A stretch of DNA of 64,000 nt from Anolis carolinensis (lineage: Eukaryota), in assembly GCF_035594765.1 (NCBI RefSeq), contig NC_085842.1:19754782-19818781 (forward strand). Reading direction: 5' to 3'. The translations under genes and the position numbers were made by a program. The notes beneath the pieces were generated by a model. It saw nothing but the letters and a program-made list of their open reading frames with translations. It was not told the origin of the DNA and did no database searches. Positions 39,403-50,489 of the stretch are shown here, piece by piece; positions within the stretch are counted from its first letter, which is position 1, and every line of letters starts with the position of its first letter.

Positions 39403-39535
39403 CCATCAAGATGGCCTCGCCACTGCCCTCCTCTTGCTTGGTCTCCTTGGGTAGCTGCCTGTAACCGGTGGGAGCAGATGGAGCAGCTTCAGGGTCACAG
39501 AATCTCAAAGCCACTTCCTCAAAGGCTGGTGTGAT
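39403..39535 (-). CDS. Gene E middle exon (133 nt, phase 0 to 1): recognisable degenerate KRAB-A
   Basis: TTTTTCCAG|ATC acceptor, ATGG|GTGAGA donor. Translates ITPAFEEVALRFCDPEAAPSAPTGYRQLPKETKQEEGSGEAILM. Confidence 0.85.
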
Positions 39536-39579
39536 CTGGAAAAACAGGCAAGATGTTTTTCAGGGCAGAAGGACAGGGT

Positions 39580-40870
39580 CTAGGACTCATTCAGGTGGTC
39601 TCGGGGACCAAGCTCTGTATGTGAATAGGGTTTGGAGCTTATTCAGGTGACATTAGGGACCAAGCTCTGTATGTGAACAGGATTTGGGGTTTATCCAAGA
39701 GGTCTTAGTGACTGAGCTCTGTATATGAACAGCATTTAGAGTTTATTCAGGAGGTCGTAGTGACTGAGTGCTATATGTTAAAAGAGTTTGGGACTTATTT
39801 AGTGTTGGAAATAGCAACCTCCCAAGTCTTTCACTATTTATTTGTTAATGTATATATTTGCTAACCTGTATTCTATGTGTATGTTGATTTGCCAGTTTGA
39901 CTGTACCTCTTTGGTATGGGAGGGGTTATAGACATGTGATTGTACTTAGCATGTTCAGACTCAAGACTCCATTTTATATTCAGTGTGATTATAGACTTCA
40001 ATGTGTTAAGTCTGCTTTACACCTCAGTGGAGGTGGATGAATGAGTTTGCATCAAACCTCAGTGGTGGTGGATGCATGTTGCTGTTTTGGACTTCAATAG
40101 AGAAGTATGACTTATGGACTTCAGTGAGTACAACTATATCTAAAGAGTATGGACTATTGATTAAGAATGATATCCTGTGTACTCAACACAGAAAGAGAAC
40201 TACATCCTATCTATAACTAAACTTCAATAAGAAATGTCCCTGTATGGTGAATTAATACAAGATGTTTAAGAGTAAACAAGATATGTTATTTTCAAAAGAA
40301 GACTTTGGTTTTTTAATTTTTGAGTGCTTATTTTGAACTAAGAAATTGGATAATTAGAATTGCAACTGCAACTTCAAAGAAACAACCATCCTCTGCTAAC
40401 CAAATATATTTTTGTCGTGGCATGTCTTTGTCCTTGGCAGTTCAAAGACATGGTTCTTTAGCTTAATAGCTGAGTTACCTGTGTGCCATTACATGAATGC
40501 TCATGAATATCACTTGTTCAAAGGGTTGACTTCTAACAAGGTCATGCTTTTCTTGACTAGTGGTTTTGAAAAGGTGGTCTCCACATGTTCATGGAGATTC
40601 ACATTTGCCAAACGGATATGACATCATTTTTCAATAATGTTACGATTGCCATTTATTTCCAAAGGGATAGGTGTCCAGAGACTGGGTGCAGTTATTTCCA
40701 ATATTTAGGCAGTCTTAGGGACCAAGCCCTGTACCTGAGTGACATTTAAGGTTTATTCAGCTGTTCTTATAGACCAAACTCTGTATGTGAATTGGGTTTG
40801 GGATATATCCAGGTAGTCTTAGGGACTGAGCTCTGGTTTTGAACAGGTTTTGGGGTTCATTCAACTTGTC
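39580..40870. repeat. Diverged 52-bp tandem array split by an LTR
   Basis: GAC(C/T)(A/G)AGCTCTGTATGTGAA-type units at 39606, 39658, 39710, 39762 and 40720, 40772, 40824. Confidence 0.8.
39803..40703. mobile_element. Solo LTR-like element, 901 bp
   Basis: TGTTGGAAATA...TATTTCCAATA inverted ends. 5-bp TSD TTTAG at 39798-39802 and 40704-40708. Confidence 0.75.
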
Positions 40871-40935
40871 TGTATGTCTTAGGGATGGACATCTGAATGT
40901 AAACATGTCTCAGTGTGTGTATCTCGCTCTCCCAC

Positions 40936-41676
40936 CTGAGTTTTCTGTCGCTGTACCTCTCTCTGGACCTGCAGGAAGTTCTCAGCCAAGGCCACTGCCT
41001 GGGCGCAGGTCTCGGGGCCTCGTTCCCTGACCCAGCTCTGGATCTCGGGAGGCAAGACGGTCAGGAACTGCTCCAGGATCAGCAGCTCCAAGATCTGCTC
41101 TTTCGTGTGCTTCTCCACCTTCAGCCACCGGCGGCAAAGATCCTGGAGTCGACCGTAAGCCCCTCTGGGACCCTCGGCCTCCTGGTAACAGAAGTGCCTG
41201 AAATGCTGGCGCCTTTTCTCCCTGTTGAGGGCAGCCCCCCGCAAGATGGCCACCTTTACTCTCCCATAATCCTTTCTGTCTCGAGCTTCCAGCCGGTTGA
41301 AAGCCTGTTGTGCTTCTCCGCGGAGGGCCGGAAGGAGCCGGGTGACCCACTCCTCCCTGGGCCACCGGCAGGCCTCAGCCACTTGCTCGAAGGAGGCCAG
41401 GAAGGCCTTGGCGTCATCCCATGGGGCAGGCTCCTCCGGCAACGGTGGGAGCCCCCAGCCTGAGCAAGGAGACTCCACTTCCTTCAGGAACTCTTGCCAC
41501 TGGACCTCCCAGCGCTGAATGAGACCTTCATCAGCCTCCTCTTTAATCTGCGGCACCGGCATCTTATGGAGGAATTCACGGATGCAGCTCCTCTCGATGG
41601 CATGTGGAGACTTTCTGGCCCCTTCCAATCCTTCTACTGGTTTGGGGTCGACTTGGCGTGTCTCCTCCATTTTCAT
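40936..41676 (-). CDS. Gene E exon: extended SCAN (ESCAN)
   Basis: From ORF 40879-41838. MKMEE start at 41676, with an alternative ATG at 41697. [33 protein letters not shown] plus the SCAN core. Phase-0 donor CAG|GTGGGA. Confidence 0.92.
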
Positions 41677-44554
41677 CCCTGGTGGACTTCTCTGCATGGA
41701 AGGGTTCACGGACAAGATGGGGGCACAAGCAGAGAATTCGCGTTTTGGAAGACCAGAATCAAAGGCCCTGAGAGAGAAAGGATTGGAGACACATGAGAAA
41801 ATTGACCGCAGCTTCAGGAACTCTGTTTGTAACTTCACAATGCTACACTTCTATTTGAACTTACTCATATGGAATCTGTAAGAAAGGGAAGATGTAGGGA
41901 ACATGAAATCTCTAGGTTCTCCAGCATAACTGGAGGAGGATGACTACAGAATCAGACTGGGGGACCTAGCAATTCTAGAGGGAACATTTTTAGCAAATCT
42001 GTGAATAATCAAATCCACAAATCAAAACCTCAAATGTGCATCTGTATGAGGTATATTTACAGTAGAGTCTCACTTCTCCAAGACTCGCTTATGCAAGCTT
42101 CTGGATTATCCAAGACAATTTTGTAGTCAATATTTTCAATATATCATAATATTTTGGTGCTAAATTCATAAATATAGTAATTACAACATAACATTACTGT
42201 GTACTGAACTACTTTTTCTGTCAAATTTGTTGTATAACATGATGTCTTGGTGCTCAATTTGTAAAATCATAACCTAATTTGATGTTTAATAGGGTTTTCC
42301 TTAATCCCTCCTTATTATCCAAGATATTCACTTATCCAAGGTTCTGCCCATTTAGCTTGGATAAGTGAGAGACTACTCTATATATCCCACTGTAAGGTAC
42401 TGCAGAACCACTTCAGCAACATTAGTCCCCAGTGCGCAATGGGTTAAACCCTTGTGCCGGCAGTCGAATTCGGGGAGTAGGATAAGCTCCTGTCTGTCAG
42501 CTCCAGCTTTCCATGCAGGGACATGAGAGAAGCCTCCCACAAGGATGGTAAAACATCAAACATGTGGGCATCCCCTAGGCAATGTCCTTGCAGGCGGCCA
42601 ACTCTCTCACACCAGAAGCGTCTTGCAGGTTCTCAAGTTGCTCCTGACAAGAAAAAAGGCCACTCAAAAGAGAATCTTGGAAATACAGTAGAGTCTTGCT
42701 TATCCAACATAAACGAGCCAGCAGAACATTGGATAAGCGAAAATGTTGGATAATAAGGAGGGATCATGGATAATCTTGTTAAACTTCAAATTACGTTATG
42801 GTTTAACAAATTAAGCACCAAAACATCATGTTTTACAACAAAATGACAGAAAAAAGCAATTCAATAAATGGTAACTTATGTAGTAATTACTATATTTACT
42901 AATTTAGCACCAAAATATCGCAATGTATTGAAAACATTGGCTACAAAACATTTGACTACTGTAAGGCAGATTACGTTGGATAAGCGAGATTCTACTGTAG
43001 TTTTATTATTGCCTAGGTTTCTACAGCTAATGGAGCTTTTGTGCAAAAGTTCTAGTTTTCTGCCCCCTGAATTTCAACCCCCCCTTCCCTTGTAGCCATG
43101 GCAACCCAGGTCAAAGCAACTCCCACCAGTCCTCCTCCCAAAAATTCTTATCAGTCCTTTCTCATGAGAAGCTTTCCAAATGTCCAGGGGTATCTTTCTC
43201 TCCTCCTCAGCCCTTGACCTGTCATGGAGGAATTATGGTGGATTTTCAGAACATCAGAATGCCGCCATGACACTCACTCTTTAACCACAAAGACTTGATT
43301 GTGCCATCTGTATATATAAAAGTCAAAATATGAATGTCTGTCTGTCTGTCCGTCTGTACCACAAAGGCTGCTGTTAGGTGAAGTGGCCCTCTGTGAAGCC
43401 ATTGGGTAAGAAAGGTGGCCTATGTATGAGGGCAAGGGAGAGGGGAAGGAAAATGAAATGGAAAGGAAGAAAGGGAGCGGGGAGAGAGAAAAAAAAGAAA
43501 AACAGACATAGGAAAGGGAAAAGGTATGAGGGGAGGGAAAGAGAAAGCAGCAACCCCTTTGATACTTAGGAAACACCAGGTATATATGCTAGTTTTATAC
43601 GCGGATCCATAGTAGCGCAATGGGTTAAACCCTTAGAATTGAAGAAATGCAGTACTACCATTCTCCACTTGAAGTACAGTGCCACTATCAGAAAGAAAAG
43701 GCTTATCTATATATAGGAAAAGCACCTGCACCCCACTTTTAGAGATGTTTATGGGGGGTGTTTCTTAGAATTCAAGAAATAAGGACATTCTAACCAGCTT
43801 AGTATGGATATGGAGATAATGAGAGGTATAGATATAGGTATATATAGCGAGAGAGAGAGAGAGAAGTGGATGAGGTTTTATAGCTCCAGTCCCTCCAACC
43901 ACTGGGTCATGCCCAATTTGGCCTCTGTTTCCCTCTTACCTAGAACCACCCCAAATTAATCTCCAGTTTTGCTAATGTAAGTACACATTATGTAGAGAAA
44001 TTAAATTATTTATTACATGCCCACCTTGATTCTCCATTCTGGTTATAGATTTGAGGCAGATTAAGTTTTTTCTAGCATCCGTAAGAAGCAACAGTAAAAG
44101 ACACACTGACGGTTTTCCTACCATCTTGCTTAAAAGAAAACAACCTTATGTTGAGTTACCAATATATCTGTTGATCACCAAAGATGGGTGACCAACCATT
44201 TCTGGATGATGTAACAAAAATTAATTAAACACAAGTCCTGATTAATATCTAAAAGGAGACAGGGTTCGATTCAAGCCCTTCAAGTTCAAGCGGTTGGTTG
44301 GTTTGAGTAGGAAAGAGTTGTGAAATAACATTGAAAACCACTGCATCACGACATAGACTCTGCTAAGAATGCCATAGCAGAGGGTACCTCTATACCAGGC
44401 ATGGGCAAACTTGGGCCCTCGGGTGTTTTGGACTTCAACTCCCACAATTCCTAACAGCCTACTGGCTCTACACTGTAGAATTAACCCAGTTTGGCATCAC
44501 TTTTAAATACCAAGGAATAATGAGAGTTGTAGCTTGAAGCCCAGCAGAAAAAGC

Positions 44555-45005
44555 TAAAGGCCTTGGGAAACGACAACACCCAAGACTCGATAGCATTTGC
44601 CACAATGGTTAAAAGTGGGATCAAAGTGGGTTAATTCTGCAGTGCAGATGCCTCATGGGCCTCTTAGAAGACGGTTTGACAGCATTTAACGCCCTTCCTG
44701 GTCATAAAGGCCTTAAGAAACGACAACACCCAAGACTCGATAGCACTGCACCAAGGTGGTTAAAAGCAGAATCAAAGTGGGTTAATTCTGCAGTGCAGAT
44801 ACCCCCTGGGCCTCTTAGAAGTCGGTTTGACACCAATCAACGCCCTTCCTGGTCACAAGGGCCTTGAGAAACGACAACACCCATGACTCGATAGTACTGA
44901 GCCAAGGTGTTTAAAAACGGGATCAAGTGGGTTAATTCTGCAGTGCAGACGCCCCCGGCGCCTCTTAGAAGTCGGCTTGAGAGCAATTAATGGTCTTCCT
45001 GGTCA
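44555..45005. repeat. About 150-bp tandem repeat, 3 copies
   Basis: AAACGACAACACCC at about 44568, 44718 and 44869. Confidence 0.85.
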
Positions 45006-45099
45006 ACCTTGGGGGGCTGTCTTTCCTTCCCCGCAAGAAGCGCTTCTCATAACTTCCCTCCTTCCTTTCTGCCCCAATTTAGGAGTCCCATTTCCAAGG

Positions 45100-45260
45100 A
45101 CTCACCTGAAACCCTTCCAAAGATATCGTACTTCCTGGATTACACAACTTCCGGAAGACGGCAGCACGGCGGAAGCCAGTCTGCCTCTGCAGAGTAGCGC
45201 GACTTCCGCTTCGCCACTCTAGCCAGGGCCTCCCAGGAACTTTGTGGTCTTAACCCTGTA
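45100..45260 (-). promoter_or_regulatory. CpG-rich promoter / non-coding exon 1 of gene E
   Basis: Clustered ETS-type motifs (ACTTCCGGAAG, GCGGAAG, ACTTCCGC). Minus-strand donor CAG|GTGAGT at 45106/45105. Confidence 0.65.
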
Positions 45261-47138
45261 GACGCCAGTGACATATTGCAGCAGGGCCAGGATTGCATAG
45301 GATGTTGCAGGCAGGCCTGGGCCAACTTGGGCCCTCCAGGTGTTTTGGGCTCCAACTCCCACAATTCCTAACAGCCGGTAGGCTGTTAGGAATTGTGGGA
45401 GTTGGAGTCCAAAACACCTGGAGGGCCCAAGTTGGCCCAGGCCTGCAGTGGAATCATTGGTTACCTAATCCAACTCCATGCTAAAGTACAGACCCTGTAT
45501 TATTTATTTTTATTATTAAGCATTTCAGGATTACATCTTTTTTTTCCTTTTCAAAAATATACAAAGCCACTTTCAAGTCTGCAAAGTTTTAAAACTGCAC
45601 CGTCGCACGACTCCCCAAAATGACTTCTAGAGTTCCCTGCATCCTCCTGGGTTGAAAAGAACTTCTTCAAAAAAGCATATTTTGGGTGCTCCAAATGACC
45701 TAAATACATAGATACAGGTGTAATGGGGATGCCAGGGCTTGAACCTGCAACCTCTGGCTTGCCACTGAATCCAAGAGACGGAAGACGTCCATAGAACGGG
45801 GACCGAAATGGTAAAAGGCATGAAAGCCAAGCCCTATGAGGAGCGGCTTAAGGAGCTGGGTGTGTTGAGCTTGGAGAAAAGGCGGCTGGCGGGACACAAC
45901 AGTAAAGGTAAAGGTTTCCCCTGACATTAAGTCCAGTTGTGTCCAACTCTGGGGATTGGTGCTCATCTCCATTTCTAAGCCAAAGAGCCGGCGTTGTCCA
46001 TAGACACCTCCAAGGTCATGTGGCCATTGGCATGACTGCATGAAGCACCATTACCTTCCCACTGGAGCAGTACCTATTGATCTACTCACATTTGCATGTT
46101 TTTGAACTGCTAGTTTGGCAGAAGCTGGGGCTAACAGCAGGAGCTCACCCCCGCTCCCTTGTTTTGAACCACCAACCTTTCAGTCAGCAAGTTCAGCAGC
46201 TCAGAGGTTTAACTTCCTGCGCCACTGAGGGTAGGCAACCTTTAAAACAGTGGTTCCCAACCGTTGGGCCTTCAAGTGTTTTGAACATCAACTCCTAGAA
46301 ATCCCAGCCAGCTTACCAGCTGTTAGGAACTGTGGGAGCTGAAGTCCAAAAAACCTGGAGGCCCCAAGGTTGGGAACCACTGCTATAAAAGGATGCCATA
46401 CTGAGCTCATTTTCTGCTGCTCCAGAGGTAGGACGTGGAGCAATGGATTCAAACTACAGGAAATTCCACTGAAACGCTGTGAAGAATATCCTGAAGTAAA
46501 CACTGTTCAGCAGCGAAATACACCACTGCCTGGGAATGTAGTGTAATGGAGTCTTCTCTAGAAAGTTTTTCGACAAAGGCTGGATGGCCACCTGTCAGGA
46601 ATGCTTTGATTGTGTCTTCCTGCATTGCAGAATGGGGTCTTCTGATTCGATCTCAACAGTTTTAATATTGGGTTGCTGTGCCTTTTCCAGGCTGTATGGC
46701 CATGTCCCAGCAGCATTCTCTCCTGATGTTTCACCTGCATCCAGCTGGAATGATTGTAAAACATGGGACTGTAGACAATATCCTCTTAACTAATGTGTTT
46801 TTTTGTTGATGAATCTAAATAATGTTTTCAGTGGGTTGCTGTGAGTTTTTTGGGCTGTATGTTGGGTTTCGAGGTTGGGGGGCCTGTAGTTTTGTTGTTT
46901 TGTGGGTCGCCGTGATGCCATCACTCCTTTATATATATAGATATAGATGTCTTAATTGTGACGTTTATCCTGCTTTCAAATCTATATAAATAAAAGAGTA
47001 ATGGAATCCCAGCGACCAACAGAACTACAGGCCCCCCAGCCTTGAGATTTGACAACACAACCCATCGTCCATGCCTCTAGGTTGATACAACAAAAAGAAG
47101 AGAAAAATAAAGTCCTAATTAGAAGGAAAGGAATAATA

Positions 47139-47382
47139 GGCCTGGGCTGTGGCGCAGGCTGGAGAGCAAGCCAGCTGCAACCAGCTGCAATGAATCACTC
47201 TGACCAGGAGGTCATGAGTTCGAGGCCCGCTCGGAGCCTATGTTTGTCTTGCCTTTGTTCTATGTTAAAAGGCATTGAATGTTTGCCTATATGTGTAATG
47301 TAATCCACCCTGAGTCCCCTTCAGGGTGAGAAGGGCGGAATATAAATGCTGTAAATAAAATAAATAAATAAATAAATAAATA
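47139..47382 (+). mobile_element. tRNA-derived SINE with L2-type tail
   Basis: GGGCTGTGGCGCAGG head, GAGTTCGAGGCC B-box, CCCTGAGTCCC...(TAAA)n tail. Copies at 55739-55972(+) and about 59950-60408(-). Confidence 0.75.
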
Positions 47383-47626
47383 CAGCCTGAAAAATTCACA
47401 GCAACCCAGTGATTCTGACCCTCAACAACATATTTTTTATATTTTTCCTCTTTGTGGATTGTCTGATACGGAGAAAACTACGGTTGAAAATCTCTCATGT
47501 AGGAAGCACTTATCCATTTTTCCCTAGAATCGAGCCTTGCATGAGAAGCAAGTTATGCGTTAGAAACGAGGTTCGTTCTTCACACGGAAGACTTGCGTAA
47601 CGCTTCCGCCTCTTGCAAAGAGCGGC

Positions 47627-48408
47627 TCATTCCATGGGAAGCTCTTTCCAGGCGAAGCAGTTGCAGGTCTTCTTCCTGGCGTGGATCCTCTCGTGCTTCA
47701 TCAGGTGGGACTTCTGAATGAAGGTCTTCTCGCAGACGGAGCACTTGTAGGGCTTCTCCCCCGTGTGCGTCCTCACGTGGACCGCCAGGTTGGCCTTCTG
47801 GCTGAAGCCCTTGCTGCAAGCGGAGCACTTGAACGGCTTGTCCCGGGTGTGGATGCGTTCGTGAACCATCAGCTGACAAGTACTTCTGAAGTCCTTCCCG
47901 CAGGCAGAGCACATGTGCGGTTTCTCCCCCGAGTGGAGCCTCTCGTGGAAAACGAGGTCCGGCCTTTGCGGGAAGCACGTGTCGGGATACGAACACGGGT
48001 GCGCTTTGTTCTCCCTCGTGTGGATCCGCTGGTGTCGCTTCAGGTGGTCCTTGCGGCTGAGCATTTTCCCACACTCCGCACACTGGAAGGGACCCTCCTG
48101 GCTGTCCGCTTTCTCACATATATGGAAACCAGGACCCTGTTTGAAAGCTTCCTCAGTCCCAGCGTGCAAAGCTGACTTTGGCCACTCATGGGTGTCGCTT
48201 AAGGCCTCCTTGTCAGGCGCAAAGGAGATTGGCCTCTCTCCCGCCATCCGAGAGCAATGGTCTCTCAGCTGCCTCAGGGATCCATGTTCCTCTTCAAGGC
48301 CATGGACCTGGGGAAAGAGCTCCCCAACCGTTTTTCTGGGTGGTTCCACTGGCTTGGGTCTCTCCGGCTGATACTTATGTTCTTCACATTCCCCAATTTG
48401 CGTGTAAT
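47627..48408 (-). CDS. Gene F terminal exon: 4 intact C2H2 fingers plus degenerate fingers
   Basis: ORF 47627-48349 extends in frame to the phase-1 acceptor TTTTTTGACTAG|AT. Intact fingers CAEC, CSAC, CSAC, CSVC. One finger reads CSYPDTCF. Confidence 0.9.
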
Positions 48409-48458
48409 CTAGTCAAAAAATAAAAAATAATAAAGTTGAACAGTCCAACCAAGACAAA

Positions 48459-48708
48459 GTGTTGTTGAAAGCTTTCATGGCCGGAATCACAGGGTTGTTG
48501 TGTGTTTTCCAGGCTGTATGGCCATGTTCTAGAAGTATTCTCTCCTGACGTTTCGCCCACATCTATGGCAATACCTCACAACCTCTGAGGATGCCTGCCA
48601 TAGAAGTGGGCGAAATGTCAGGAGAGAATACTTCTAGAACATGGCCATACAGCCTGGAAAACACACAACAACCCTGTGATCCTGGCCATGAAAGCCTTCG
48701 ACAACACA
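48459..48708. mobile_element. Palindromic Penelope-derived element
   Basis: Inverted arms of about 110 bp around ATACCTCACAACCTCTGAGGA. Confidence 0.75.
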
Positions 48709-50260
48709 TTAAAATATCCTGTTTTTTTATCATGGGAAAGCAGAGTGAAAAGTAGTAGAGTCTCACTTATCCAACATAAACGGGCCGGCAGAACGTTGGA
48801 TAAGTGAATATGTTGGATAATAAGGAGGAATTAACAAAAAGCCTATGCAACATCAAATTAGGTTATGATTTTACAAATTAAGCACCAAAACATCATGTTA
48901 TACAGCAAATTTGACAAAAAAAATGTAGTTCAATACACAGTAATGCTATGTAGTAATTACTGTATTTACGAATTTAGTACCAAAATATCATGATATTTTG
49001 AAAACATTGACTACAAAAATGCGTTGGATAATCCAGAACCTTGGATAAGTGAGTGTTGGATAAGTGACACTCGACTGTATATGGTGTATGTTCTCTATCT
49101 CAAAAACTAGAGATGACAAATTAATAGTTGGAGAAGGAGACAAGAACATGGAATAATACAGAAAATATAAGAAGATAGATTATTAGGTTTTAAAATTAGA
49201 AGACAATACTATTCCTCTTTTTGTTATAGAGTATACATGGAATTTGTAAATTTTTAATAATTTAAGTAATGTGTTTAAGGACAATAGAGATACAAAAATT
49301 AGATGTAACAATTATAATTTTGTACCTCCGTCTATGTAACATTAAAGACTGAACTCTGCATTTTTGCCTCTTTTCCGGCCACAACTCTTCATACTCTGCT
49401 TGCTGAGAGCTGAATGCTCAACTGTAAGTATCTTGTTTGTATTTTTGGATGCTCTGTTGTATTTTTGGGAGTTTTCCCTAACACTTCCTTCCCTTTTTTC
49501 CTTTTTACATGACTGTTCCTTTTTTCCTCTAGTGTGAAAAAAAATATGGAAATAGTCAATAAAAATGTTATTTAAAAAAGCTAGAGCTGGGAGTGGAAAA
49601 CTGGTGGCATGTTTTGAATCAGCAGGTCAGTTATATCGAGAAACAGATCTAACATTTGCAGCACCAAAATGTGTAAATAAGATTAATATTAGCAAAACAA
49701 TAACACTATTGGTACACAGTCATAGAAGTAAGAGTGCTAAGTCAAGGGCATCCTATGACCAAAGATTTCAGGGCCAAAACCTCAGATGTAGGGATGACTG
49801 TTAGTGATGCCATGGGCCTGATGACATTAATCATGCATAATACCTTAACCTTCAACTACACTTGCAATTCGATTTTATAAGAAAGCTAACAAATAACACA
49901 TACACATTTTTCAAGTCAATGCTCTCACTTTGAGATTCCTCCCTCTTATCCTAAAGACTGAAGATGATGAGCAAAACCTTGAGATCTGATAATCCTAGCC
50001 AGAGTATTAAGAGTAGTAACAACACCCTTCCTCTAAGGAGCTTAAGACAATTGTTTATTGTTGGCCTCTCATTTTATCTTACTATTCATATCTTGCCTCC
50101 TTATCCAAAATATTCAGTACAGGAATTCCACAGCATTGGGCTGTTCATTATGTTTCAGGCTCTTTGGGCCAAACACACCTAGTTCCTTTGAGCTTTCAAA
50201 GGATGGTCATGTAGGAGTTTCATTGCATTGAAACACTGGTGCGTAAGCAGCTGTACTTAC

Positions 50261-50372
50261 TTAAAAGCACAGCATCGCTTCTTGGTCTCGTTTCCCTGCA
50301 TAGCAGTTGTGGCCGGAGATCAGATGAACAACCAGAGAAACTCACAGCCATCTCCACGAATGGCGTCAGCAT
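50261..50372 (-). CDS. Gene F middle exon (112 nt, phase 0 to 1): degenerate KRAB-A-like
   Basis: CATTTCAG|ATG acceptor, TTAA|GTAAGT donor. Translates MLTPFVEMAVSFSGCSSDLRPQLLCRETRPRSDAVLL. Confidence 0.8.
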
Positions 50373-50489
50373 CTGAAATGAGAGGGATAGTTATTGCCTG
50401 AAAAGAGAGGCACCGCTTGAGGGCCAAGATGGCACATCAGAACCTGGAAAGGTTACTTCCCTGGACAAACAAAACCAACTGTATAATCC

